DNA of 64,000 nt, from the NCBI GenBank assembly GCA_963750075.1, contig CAVVPG010000002.1, positions 453,272 through 517,271 of the forward strand, in the 5' to 3' direction. A model generated the notes under the pieces. That model worked only from the letters and a program-made list of their open reading frames with translations. It was not told the origin of the DNA and made no database searches. Shown piece by piece: positions 9,270 through 18,235 of this stretch. The DNA comes from an uncultured Acidimicrobiaceae bacterium (GTDB taxonomy: Bacteria > Actinomycetota > Acidimicrobiia > Acidimicrobiales > RAAP-2). Position 1 is the stretch's first letter; each line of letters begins with the position of its first letter. The translations under genes were made by a program, and so were the position numbers.

Positions 9270-10108
9270 CGATGGACATCACACTCGACCCGCCCCGCCA
9301 GGCGCTCCCCCGGGCACGGGGGAACCGCGGGGCGTCGTATCTCGTCGCCTCGAGCCAGGTGGCGGCCCGGACGCTCAAGAAGTTCGTCCGCACGCCGGCC
9401 CTGATCGTCGCCGGCACCGCGCAGGGGGTGCTCTTCCTCCTCATCTTCCGCTACGTCTTCGGCGGCGCGGTGGCCCACACCGGAAACCTGACCTACGTCG
9501 ACTTCCTCGTGCCCGGTTTCGTCGTGACCGGCGTGCTCTTCCAGGGCATGGGCGCGGCGAGCGGCGTGGCCGACGACCTGGAGGGCGGGCTGTTCGACCG
9601 CCTGCGCAGCCTGCCCATCCGACTGCTGTCCATCATCACCGGGCGGGTGAGCGCCGACACGGCGCTGGTGGCCTGGGGCGTGCTGGTGATGACGGCGGTC
9701 GGCTTCGCGGTCGGCTTCCGCATCGACGGGAGCACGGCCGACGCGCTCGCCGCCCTCGGCCTGACCGTCCTCTATGGCTTCGCCTTCGTGTGGATGTTCA
9801 TCTTCATGGGCATGGCGGCGGGCAGCCCCCAGGCGGCGCAGGGGCTCTCGTTCCTCGTCTTCCCGCTCAGCTTCGTCTCGTCGGCCTACGTGCCGGTGGC
9901 CACGATGCCGGGCTGGATGCAGGGCTTCGCCACCAACCAACCGATGACGCAGATGGTCAACACGGTGCGGCTACTGACCGGCGGCCCGGCCGCGCAGGCG
10001 CTGCTCGGCCACTCCCTTTCGTACTACCTGGTGCCCTCGCTGCTGTGGTCGGCGGGCCTGATCGCGCTGTTCGCGCCGCTGGCCGTCTGGAAGCTCAAGC
10101 GGTCGTGA
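9266..10108 (+). CDS. ABC-2 type transporter permease (DrrB-like)
   Basis: 280-aa polytopic membrane protein with a 4-nt start/stop overlap with the ATPase. Typical ABC-2 N-terminus (RTLKKFVRTPALIV...FRYVFGGA). Confidence 0.85.
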   Translation: MTMDITLDPPRQALPRARGNRGASYLVASSQVAARTLKKFVRTPALIVAGTAQGVLFLLIFRYVFGGAVAHTGNLTYVDFLVPGFVVTGVLFQGMGAASGVADDLEGGLFDRLRSLPIRLLSIITGRVSADTALVAWGVLVMTAVGFAVGFRIDGSTADALAALGLTVLYGFAFVWMFIFMGMAAGSPQAAQGLSFLVFPLSFVSSAYVPVATMPGWMQGFATNQPMTQMVNTVRLLTGGPAAQALLGHSLSYYLVPSLLWSAGLIALFAPLAVWKLKRS

Positions 10109-10123
10109 CCGGCCGCCGTGCCG

Positions 10124-11645
10124 TCAGCGCCGGTCGAAGTCGTCGGGCCAGGGCTGGCCGCTGCGCAGGAAGCCGTCGACGGCCTGGCGCAGCCGCTCCT
10201 GGGAGTCGATCATCCAGTCGATGTAGAAGGCGTGGTCCTCGACGGTGGTGACCTCGCCCTCGCTGTAGTCGGCGATGCGGAAGGCGGCCCGGTCGGGCAG
10301 GCGCTCCCACGAGAGCGCCCCGCCGTACTCCGCCTCCATCATCTCCCGCTGGGAGTGGATCATCTCGAACTGCGCGGTGCTCGCCTCCTGGGAGCCGAGG
10401 TCGATGTAGAGCTCGGAGCGCAGCCGGCCGCCGGCCGCGAACGCGAGCCCGTAGTGCGTGCCCTTGATGGGCGACGGCAGGGTGATGAAGTTCTGCGCCG
10501 GCAGCGTCGACATCTGGGTCCAGTGGCCGTGGTCGATGCGGACACGGTCGAGCCAGCGCGACCAGAAATCGCGGTAGAGCGCACCCTTGCCGCCGCTGAG
10601 GGGTCCGGCCAGCTCGGCCATGGTCCACCCCGTCGAGTCACGCCACCACTGCGAGCCGAAGGCGTCGCGGCTGACCCCGGTGGCCAGCTCGACGATGTGG
10701 CGCACCAGTCCCGCCGGCGTGTACGACGCCTTGTCGGCGTCCCACACCAGCGGCGCGCTCGAGGCTGTTCTGCCAGTGGGCCGTACGCCGGGCAGGATCG
10801 GCGTGGAGCCATTCGTCGAGCTGCGTCCGCAGCTCGAAGCTCATGTCGTTGCGGGGGGCGAAGGTGAACATGGTGCCGTCGGCCACCGACTCCGAGGTGA
10901 CGAGGCGCCGCACGGTGCTGGCGTCCTGGACGCGCCGCTTCGAGTCGGCCATCTCCTTCGCCAGTTGGCGCTCCGGGCTGATGGTGAACTCCTCGACCTC
11001 GCGCAGGGGGTACATCTGGCTGACCGAGATCATGGGCACGTTGCCGCTGCCGGCCTGGCCGTAGACGTAGGACCGGAAGGCGCTGATCTGCACGAGGGAG
11101 ATGTCGAGGCCCATCTCGCTCAGCCAGACGACGCTGGCGGTGACGACGGGCGAGAAGTCCCGGGCCAGCAGGACGATGCGGGGGCGCCGCAGCGTCTCCT
11201 GCGAGAGGTCCGGGGCATGGGCCTGGAGCTCCGCGAGCGCCTCGTCGGCCGTCATGGGGGACTGCCGCCGCGACTGGAACCGGGCGAAGTGGTCGGCCAG
11301 GGACTCGGGGAGGACCCGGCTGGCCATGGCGGCGTACTTGATGGCGGCGACCTCGGTGTCGGGTGCCCGGCCGCTCTTGAGCTCGGCGACGACGAGGCGT
11401 CCGTCGGCCGCCAGGCCGAGCACAGAGATACGGTCGCGGTTTGTGGCGACGGCGGCCGGCAGGCCCTCGAATTCGAATGTCACGACCTTGACCGCGGGGC
11501 CCAGAATGGCGGGGTTGGACAGGACCCACTCCTGAAGATCGGCGCGCTCCTCCAGCCCCGCTTCCTCGAGCGAGATCATCTGCGCCGGCATGGCAACAGA
11601 GCCGGCAACCGTAAAGAGCATCTCCTCCGCCATGTGTCGATTCAA
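10124..11645 (-). CDS. PD-(D/E)xK nuclease (NucS/DUF91-like) N-terminal region fused to a C-terminal DUF4268 domain; frame interrupted near 10748-10770
   Basis: ORF 10638..11645 carries ISVLGLAADGRLVVAELKSGRAPDTEVAAIKY, a D...ExK nuclease core. ORF 10124..10747 carries the DUF4268-like block (YRDFWSRWLDRV...GLAFAAGGRLRSELYIDLG...FYIDWMIDSQERL). The two ORFs overlap by 110 nt on the same strand. Total span is 1522 nt (3n+1), consistent with one gene split by a 1-nt indel. Confidence 0.6.
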
Positions 11646-11809
11646 GATAGGTCAAACGGTCGTTGAAACACATGTACCGAAAGTCACAGAAAATCTCAAC
11701 GCATCAACAAAATCCGTGGTCAGATCCGGTGCACGCGAGGGCCGGAGAGATGTCCGCCGCGGACGCCCTTGCGGTCGGTTCGGTCCCCGATCCCCCCGGC
11801 GGTCCCGCC

Positions 11810-13240
11810 TCACACGGGCGCCGCCGGCGCCACCAGGGGCCACGGGCGCTCCAGCTCGACGATCCGGGCGAGGTCGAGGAGGAGCTGCTCCGCGTGGCGG
11901 CGGCCGATGACCTGCATGGAGACGGGCAGCCCGTCGACCAGGCCGACGGGGATGGCGACGGCCGGGTGCCCGGTCGTGTTGGCGGGGATCGTCAGCGCCC
12001 CGTTGTTCCCCACCGCCGTCTCGAAGCCGTGCTCGGCGATGAGGTCGACGCCGTCGACCGTGGTCGGCATCGGCCCCTGCGCGCCGAAGGCGACGTCGGG
12101 GTTCGTCGCGCACACCACGAAGTCCACCTGCTCGAAGATCTGCGCCATCTGCACGATGATGGAGCGGCGGAACGCCTCGATGTTCTTCGCGGTCTCGACG
12201 TCGAAGTGGTTGGTGGCGATGTTGGCGGCCAGCATGATCTCAGGCGTCAGGTCCGGTTCGCAGGCCGGGTAGAGGTCGCCCAGCCCCACCAGCAGGCTGG
12301 CGGTCCCCGCGAGCGCCCACTCGAGGCCCCCGCGGGGCAGCGTGATCGGCAGGTCGACCCGCTCGAGGCCGGCATCCTCGATGAGGAGGTCCGCCGCCGC
12401 CTCGACCTTCTCCCGCACGCCCGACGCGATCACCGCGGACCCGAGGTCGGGGGAGACCGCCACGCGCCGGCCCCGGACCTCCTGGTGGCCGAGCCCGGCC
12501 TCCCAGCCTTCGACGCGGGGCAGCGAGAACGGGTCGTACTCGTCGTGCCCGTTGCAGACGTCGTACCAGCGGGCGGTGTCGCGCACCGATCGGGACAGGC
12601 ACCCGATGACCGCGGTGAGCGGCTCGATCTCGGTGTGCGGTCCCTTGGGGATGCGCCCGAACGTGGCCTTGAGGCCGAAGAGGCCCGTGAACCCGGCCGG
12701 GATCCGGATGGACCCGCCCCCGTCGCCGCCGGTGCAGATGGGGAGGAGGCCGCCCGCCACCGACGCCGCCGAGCCGCCGGACGACCCGCCCGGCGTGCGC
12801 GCCAGGTCGTAGGGGTTCGACGTGGCGCCGTGCAGACGGGTGTAGGTGCAGTTGATGCCGCCGAACTCCGAGGCGGTGGTCTGCCCGACCAGTACGGCAC
12901 CGGCCTCCCTCAGCCGCGCCGTCATGGTTCCGTCGTGGTCCGAGACGCGGTCCTTATGGACGAGGGACGCCTCGGTCATGGGCCAGCCCCGCACCGGGTC
13001 GAGCTCCTTGACGCCCATGGGCACCCCGCCGAAGGGCAGCTGCACGTCGGCCGATGCCGCGGCCTCCCGCGCCCGCTCCTCGTCGACGAAGCACACCGCG
13101 TTCAGCTTCGAGGCGGCGATGGCGCCCAGAGATCCCTCGAGCGCCTCGGTCGGTGAGATCGTCCCTGCCCGCAAGGCGTCGACCAGTGAGCAGGCGTCAC
13201 CCAGCCATGGTTCTCCCGTCACGGTACGCAGGCTACCCAA
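11810..13240 (-). CDS. Amidase (amidase-signature family)
   Basis: GGSSGGSAASVAGG and CTGGDGGGSIRIPA motifs; 476 aa. Confidence 0.9.
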   Translation of the reverse strand: MGSLRTVTGEPWLGDACSLVDALRAGTISPTEALEGSLGAIAASKLNAVCFVDEERAREAAASADVQLPFGGVPMGVKELDPVRGWPMTEASLVHKDRVSDHDGTMTARLREAGAVLVGQTTASEFGGINCTYTRLHGATSNPYDLARTPGGSSGGSAASVAGGLLPICTGGDGGGSIRIPAGFTGLFGLKATFGRIPKGPHTEIEPLTAVIGCLSRSVRDTARWYDVCNGHDEYDPFSLPRVEGWEAGLGHQEVRGRRVAVSPDLGSAVIASGVREKVEAAADLLIEDAGLERVDLPITLPRGGLEWALAGTASLLVGLGDLYPACEPDLTPEIMLAANIATNHFDVETAKNIEAFRRSIIVQMAQIFEQVDFVVCATNPDVAFGAQGPMPTTVDGVDLIAEHGFETAVGNNGALTIPANTTGHPAVAIPVGLVDGLPVSMQVIGRRHAEQLLLDLARIVELERPWPLVAPAAPV

Positions 13241-13281
13241 GCCGGTTGCGGGGCCGCGGTGAGTGAGCGGCGGCGCCGGGG

Positions 13282-14634
13282 TCAGCGCACGACGGCGAAG
13301 AGCTGCCAGGTGCCGGGGACCCCCTTCAGCTCGTGAGCGCCGCGGTCCTCGAACTCGAGGCCCGAGCCCACGACCAGGTCGGCCACGGTGCGCGAGACCA
13401 GGACCTCCCCCGCCTGCGCCAGGGACTCGACCCGGGCCGCGATGTGCACCGCCATGCCGGCGACGTCGTCACCGCGCCGCTCGATCTCGCCGGTGTGCAC
13501 GCCGGACCGGATGCCGAGACCGAGTTGCGCCGCACCGTCCCGGATGGCGCAGGCGCAGGCCACGGCCCGCGCCGGCCCGTCGAAAACGGCGAGCGCGCCG
13601 TCACCGGTGGACTTCACCAGGCGTCCCTTGTTGCGTTCGATCTCGCGTCGCGCCAGGGCGTCGTGGCGATCGAGCAGCTCGCGCCAACGTCGATCTCCGA
13701 CGTCGGCCAGCGACTCGGTCGACTTGACGATGTCGGTGAACACCACGGTGGCCAGGGTCCGATCGAGGGTCGGAGCCCGCCGGGCGCCGAGAAACCCCTC
13801 GATCTCGTCGAGCATGGCGGTCGTGTCGCCGGCCCAGAAGAACGTGTCGACGCCCGGGAGCTCGACGTAGCGCGCGCCGGGGATGTGCTCGGCCAGGTAG
13901 CGACCGTGGTCGGCCCGGTACATGACGGTGTCGCGGTTCTGCAGGACCAGGGTCGGTGCCCGGACCAGCTCGAGGAGCGGCCGGACGTCGGTGTTCAAGC
14001 CGATGGTCAGGATCGCCTGGGCGGTGGCCGGGCTCGCTCCCTGCCGGCCCGAGCGCTCCCACCAGCGCCGGAACTCGGCGTCGCCGGCGACGCTGGGAGC
14101 GGCGTAGCTCAGGAAGGGATCCGTCGGCGTCTCCTCCACCTGCAGCGTGGGATCGATGTTGGAGGCCAAGAAGCCGTCGACCAACCGGTCCGGGATGCCG
14201 AACGCGTAGTCGTCACCGCGCCGGGTCCGGGCGAACCCGTTGATGAGGATCAGGCGGGCGACCCGTTCGGGGTGCCGGGTGGCCAGCATGACGGCCGCCA
14301 ATCCCGCATCCCGGGGCGCCAGGACGGCGACGTCGTGACATCCGACGGCGTCGAGCACGGCGATGGCGTCGTCCGCCCACTGCTCGAGCGTCGGCGGCTC
14401 CGATGGCGCGGTCGGGTCGGAGAGCCCTATCCCGCGGGCATCGAACTGGATCAGGCGGGTGAACGACGCGAGGCCGTCCAGGAACCGCGCGTAGTGCGGT
14501 TCGTCCTCGATGCACTCCATCGGCAGGAGGGGTGCTCCGGAGTACCAGAGCAGGTCCACGTCGCCGCTGCCGAGCACCCGGTAGGCAATGTTGACGCCGT
14601 GGTGGCGTGTGTAGCGGGTCCGGGCATCGACCAC
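13282..14634 (-). CDS. Alpha/beta-hydrolase domain fused to a class III adenylate/guanylate cyclase domain (LipJ/Rv1900c-like architecture)
   Basis: C-terminal 450 aa of ORF 13282..15654. Hydrolase part: HGVNIAYRVLGSGD...FDARGIGLSD. Cyclase part: ATVVFTDIVKSTE...KSTGDGALAVF...GIRSGVHTGEIE...VHIAARV. Start set at the in-frame GTG (VVDARTRYTRHHG), because everything upstream overlaps the ABC-2 permease gene in another frame. Confidence 0.8.
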   Translation of the reverse strand: MVDARTRYTRHHGVNIAYRVLGSGDVDLLWYSGAPLLPMECIEDEPHYARFLDGLASFTRLIQFDARGIGLSDPTAPSEPPTLEQWADDAIAVLDAVGCHDVAVLAPRDAGLAAVMLATRHPERVARLILINGFARTRRGDDYAFGIPDRLVDGFLASNIDPTLQVEETPTDPFLSYAAPSVAGDAEFRRWWERSGRQGASPATAQAILTIGLNTDVRPLLELVRAPTLVLQNRDTVMYRADHGRYLAEHIPGARYVELPGVDTFFWAGDTTAMLDEIEGFLGARRAPTLDRTLATVVFTDIVKSTESLADVGDRRWRELLDRHDALARREIERNKGRLVKSTGDGALAVFDGPARAVACACAIRDGAAQLGLGIRSGVHTGEIERRGDDVAGMAVHIAARVESLAQAGEVLVSRTVADLVVGSGLEFEDRGAHELKGVPGTWQLFAVVR

Positions 14635-14714
14635 GATCGCCCAGTCTTGCGCACACGCCGGTTGGATGAGCCGACGAATGCCTGGGGGTGTCCGCTCGGT
14701 CGTCCCTCCGAGCC

Positions 14715-15572
14715 CTACTCCGTCGTGCGCCGCTTGAAGAAGTGCGCCGCCACCGGCGCCGCCAGGGCCAGGATCGCCACCGACCAGATCAGCGCCGCCT
14801 CGACGGGGTGCTGCATGGGCCAGGCATGGATCGTCCCCGACGGGTTCGGGTTGCCCCACAGGACTCGGGCCCCGGCGACCACCGCGCTGACGGGGTTCCA
14901 GGTGGCGATCGCCTGCAGCCACCCGGGCATGTGCTGGGTGGGCACCATGGCGTTGGACACGAAGGTCATCGGGAAGAGCACGATGAAGCCGAACGAGGCG
15001 GCCGACTCGGGGCTCTTCGAGTTCATGCCGACGCACGCGGCCACCCACGAGATGGCGTAGGCGAAGAACAGGACCAACGCGAAGCCTCCGACGATCGAGA
15101 TGTACGACGCGCCGGGACGCCACCCGACGGCGAGACCGGTCACGCCGACGATGAGGGCGCACAGGAACGACGTCAGGAGGTCCGCCATCGAACGCCCGAC
15201 CAGCACGGCGGACCGCCACATGGGCAGCGTGCGGAAGCGGTCGATCATGCCTTCGTGCAGGTCTGTGCTGAGACCCACCGCGGTGCCCATGGTCGAGGTG
15301 ACGAGGTTCAGCGCCAAGATGCCGGCCAGCAGGAAGTCCACGTAGCTGCCGCCGCCGGGGATCGGGATGGCGCCCCCGAAGATGAAGACGAAGAGGACGG
15401 TGAACAGCAGTGGCTGGAGCGTCACGTCCGAGAGCTGCATGGGCTCGCGCGAGATGTGGACGAGGTTGCGCCGCGTCATCGACCAGGTGTCCGCCAGCGG
15501 ACCGAGCAGTCGCCCCGAGGAACGCGGCCCGCGCGTCATCGTCCTCGTCGGGGTCAGCGTGGTCGTCGTCAT
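14715..15572 (-). CDS. ABC-2 type transporter permease (DrrB-like), second copy
   Basis: 285-aa polytopic membrane ORF (RRNLVHISREPMQLSDVTLQPLLFTVLFVFIFGGA) with a 4-nt overlap with the ATPase. Confidence 0.85.
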   Translation of the reverse strand: MTTTTLTPTRTMTRGPRSSGRLLGPLADTWSMTRRNLVHISREPMQLSDVTLQPLLFTVLFVFIFGGAIPIPGGGSYVDFLLAGILALNLVTSTMGTAVGLSTDLHEGMIDRFRTLPMWRSAVLVGRSMADLLTSFLCALIVGVTGLAVGWRPGASYISIVGGFALVLFFAYAISWVAACVGMNSKSPESAASFGFIVLFPMTFVSNAMVPTQHMPGWLQAIATWNPVSAVVAGARVLWGNPNPSGTIHAWPMQHPVEAALIWSVAILALAAPVAAHFFKRRTTE

Positions 15573-16624
15573 GCGCGCGCTCCCTCCAGCTCGTGGCGGC
15601 CGTCGCCGTCATGACCTGCGGTACCGCCGCCCTCGCGACCACCACCGTCGCCACCGTCGTCCTCGTCGTCGACCTCGTCGTCGACCTCGAGGTGACCGCC
15701 CGTGAGCGAGAAGAACACGTCGTCGAGCGACGGCTGGCGCACCTCGATGTTGTCCACGAGCACCCCGGCCGCGTCGAGCGCCCGTACCACCGCGGTGGCC
15801 AATCCGGGCGACGCGTCGACGCCGGCGCTCAGCCGGCGCCCGTCCTCGTCGACGTGGACGCGTCCCGCCACCAGCGGCGCGATGGCGGCCACCGCCTCGG
15901 GGCGCGCCGCCGCCAGCGTCACCTCCAGGTGGGCGCTCCGGCTGGCCTGCTTGAGCTCGAGCGGCGTCCCGTCCGCGATGACGCGCCCGTGGTCCACCAC
16001 CACGATGCGGTGGGCCAAGGCGTCAGCCTCGTCGAGATACTGCGTCGTCAGCAGCACGGTGACCCCCTCGCCCAGCAGCTCCCGGATCGCCTCCCACACG
16101 CGCTGGCGGCTGGTCGGGTCGAGCCCGGTGGTCGGCTCGTCGAGGAACAGCACCGGCGGTCGGGTCATCAGCGACGCCGCCAGGTCGAGGCGGCGGCGCA
16201 TGCCCCCCGAGTAGCCCTTGAGGACCCTGTCTGCCGCGTCCGAGAGCTCGAACTGGTCGAGGAGCTCGGCCGACCGGGTCCGTGATGCCGCCCGGCCCAT
16301 GTCCGACAGCTCGCCCACGAGCACGAGGTTCTGCCGGCCCGTCAGCAGTGGGTCGAGCGTGGCGTCCTGCGCGGCCACGCCGATGTGGCGGCGCACCTCG
16401 CCGGGGTGCTCCACCACGTCGATGCCGGCCACCGTCGCCCGCCCGGCGTCGGGGAGGGCGAGCGTGGTCAGGATCCGCACCGCGGTCGTCTTGCCCGCCC
16501 CGTTGGGCCCGAGCAGCCCGAGGATGGTGCCGGCCGGGACCGAGAAGTCGACGCCCGCCAGGGCCATCGTGTCGCCGTAGCGCTTCTCGAGCCCCTCGGC
16601 CTGGATCATCACCCCGTCAGCCAT
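15569..16624 (-). CDS. ABC transporter ATP-binding protein (DrrA-like) with an acidic Asp/Gly-rich C-terminal tail
   Basis: GPNGAGKTT, YSGGMRRRL and VLFLDEPTTGLD motifs. Tail sequence EVDDEVDDEDDGGDGGG. Confidence 0.9.
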   Translation of the reverse strand: MADGVMIQAEGLEKRYGDTMALAGVDFSVPAGTILGLLGPNGAGKTTAVRILTTLALPDAGRATVAGIDVVEHPGEVRRHIGVAAQDATLDPLLTGRQNLVLVGELSDMGRAASRTRSAELLDQFELSDAADRVLKGYSGGMRRRLDLAASLMTRPPVLFLDEPTTGLDPTSRQRVWEAIRELLGEGVTVLLTTQYLDEADALAHRIVVVDHGRVIADGTPLELKQASRSAHLEVTLAAARPEAVAAIAPLVAGRVHVDEDGRRLSAGVDASPGLATAVVRALDAAGVLVDNIEVRQPSLDDVFFSLTGGHLEVDDEVDDEDDGGDGGGREGGGTAGHDGDGRHELEGARA

Positions 16625-16648
16625 GTCGGCAGTTCCTTACCTGTCGGT

Positions 16649-16710
16649 CAGTAATCTACGGATGCAGTGTCATTAGTACGGCCCGACTAACCGGCCGTCC
16701 AGTAGACTAC
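16649..16710. promoter_or_regulatory. Two copies of an 11-mer CAGTArwCTAC in the divergent TetR/ABC intergenic region; candidate TetR operator half-sites
   Basis: cagtaatctac at 16649-16659 and cagtagactac at 16700-16710. The second contains the palindrome GTAG-a-CTAC. Both lie between the ABC operon start (16624) and the tetR start (16719). Confidence 0.25.
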
Positions 16711-16718
16711 TCAACGCG

Positions 16719-17381
16719 ATGACCCAGACCGCACCCTCAGCCGCCGAGGACCTCCCGGCCACCGTCGCCGGAACCGACCTGCCGCCCTCCGGCCACCCGG
16801 CCGTCGCGGCACCCGCCCCCGACGGCGCCTCGGTCAACACGAGGGACCGCATCCTCGATGTGGCGCTCGACCTCTTCATTGAGCAGGGGTTCGACGGCAC
16901 CAGCCTCCGGCAGATCGCCGAGAGTCTCGGCGTCACCAAGGCGGCGCTCTACTACCACTTCACGTCGAAGGACGACATCCTCCTGGCGTTGCACATGCGC
17001 CTGCACGAGGTGGGCCGGGAGGCGCTCATGCAGATGGGGGAGGAGCCGGTGACCCTCGCGCAGTGGGCTGCGCTGCTCGACGTGGTGGTCGACCAGATGC
17101 TGGCCCAGCGCAAGCTCTTCCTGATGCACGAGCGGAACCAGGCCGCACTCGAGAAGCTCCACCGCAAGGACCACGACGCCGAGCACGATGACATCCAGAA
17201 CCAGTTCCGCCGGGTGCTGGCGGACTCCCGGGTGCCCCTGCGGGACCGGGTGCAGATGGCCGCCTCGGTCGGCATCGTGTTCTCCGGGCTGCTCCTCTCG
17301 GGCGACGCCTTCGCGGACTCCTCCAACGAGGAATTGGGTGGGCTGCTCCGCGAGATCATCCAAGACGTCCTCCGGGGATGA
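16719..17381 (+). CDS. TetR/AcrR family transcriptional regulator
   Basis: RDRILDVALDLFIEQGFDGTSLRQIAESLGVTKAALYYHFTSKDDIL is a canonical TetR HTH. Confidence 0.85.
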   Translation: MTQTAPSAAEDLPATVAGTDLPPSGHPAVAAPAPDGASVNTRDRILDVALDLFIEQGFDGTSLRQIAESLGVTKAALYYHFTSKDDILLALHMRLHEVGREALMQMGEEPVTLAQWAALLDVVVDQMLAQRKLFLMHERNQAALEKLHRKDHDAEHDDIQNQFRRVLADSRVPLRDRVQMAASVGIVFSGLLLSGDAFADSSNEELGGLLREIIQDVLRG

Positions 17382-18226
17382 CGGGACCGGTTCCGCCGGA
17401 CCATCTCGAACCGGGCTTCGCTACAGTCACCCCCGTGGAGGCCATGCCCGCAGGCACCGCCCATGAGCATCCGTACACGCTGTCCATCGACGTCGGTGGG
17501 ACGGGGCTCAAGGCCAACGTGCTCGGAGCGACCGGGACGATGGTCGCCGACCGGGTGAAGATCCCCACGACGTACCCCATGCCGCCCGACGTGCTCGTCG
17601 AGAGGCTCACGGGCTTGGCGGGCAAGCTGCCCGGGGCCGACCGCACCTCGTGCGGCTTCCCGGGAATGGTGCGCAGCGGCCATGTGCTCAGCGCGCCGCA
17701 CTTCGTGACGAAGGAGGGCCCGGGTACCGCGATCGTCCCCGAGCTCGTCGAGGCATGGTCCAACTTCGACCTGGCCTCCGCCCTGGCCACGTCCATCGGC
17801 AAGCCGTGCCGCGTCGCCAACGACGCCGATGTCCAGGGTGCCGCGGTCGTGGAGGGCAAGGGGTTCGAGGCCGTGATCACGCTCGGCACGGGCGTCGGCT
17901 CGGCGTTCTTCATGGACGGCCGCCTGTTGCCCCATCTCGAATTCTCCCACCTGGAGTTCCGCAAGGGCGAGACGTTCAACGAGCAGCTGGGCGAGCCGGT
18001 GCGCAAGAAGATCGGGGACAAGCGCTGGAACAAGCGGGTGCAGCGGGCCATCGCCTACTTCGATGCGCTGACGTTCTTCGACCACCTCTTCATCGGCGGC
18101 GGTAACGGACAGCGGATCAACCGCCGAGACCTGGGCGACGTATTGGAGCGCATCACGGTGGTGGACAACGCGGCGGGCATCCTCGGCGGGATCAAGCTCT
18201 GGGAAGAGCACCACATCGCGATCTAG
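17378..18226 (+). CDS. ppgK: ROK family kinase, polyphosphate glucokinase-like
   Basis: Blocks SIDVGGTGLKA, ANDADVQGAA, TLGTGVGSAFF, EFSHLEF, LFIGGGNG and NAAGILGG parallel mycobacterial PPGK as I remember it. The start may be the internal MPAGTAHEH. Confidence 0.7.
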   Translation: MTGPVPPDHLEPGFATVTPVEAMPAGTAHEHPYTLSIDVGGTGLKANVLGATGTMVADRVKIPTTYPMPPDVLVERLTGLAGKLPGADRTSCGFPGMVRSGHVLSAPHFVTKEGPGTAIVPELVEAWSNFDLASALATSIGKPCRVANDADVQGAAVVEGKGFEAVITLGTGVGSAFFMDGRLLPHLEFSHLEFRKGETFNEQLGEPVRKKIGDKRWNKRVQRAIAYFDALTFFDHLFIGGGNGQRINRRDLGDVLERITVVDNAAGILGGIKLWEEHHIAI

Positions 18227-18235
18227 GGGGAGCAC

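Noticed and set aside
13282-15654. 790-aa ORF suggesting a much longer cyclase protein.
   Set aside because: The N-terminal ~340 codons overlap the ABC-2 permease gene (14715..15572) on the same strand in another frame and are Arg/His/Pro-rich. The hydrolase domain begins just after the in-frame GTG at 14634.
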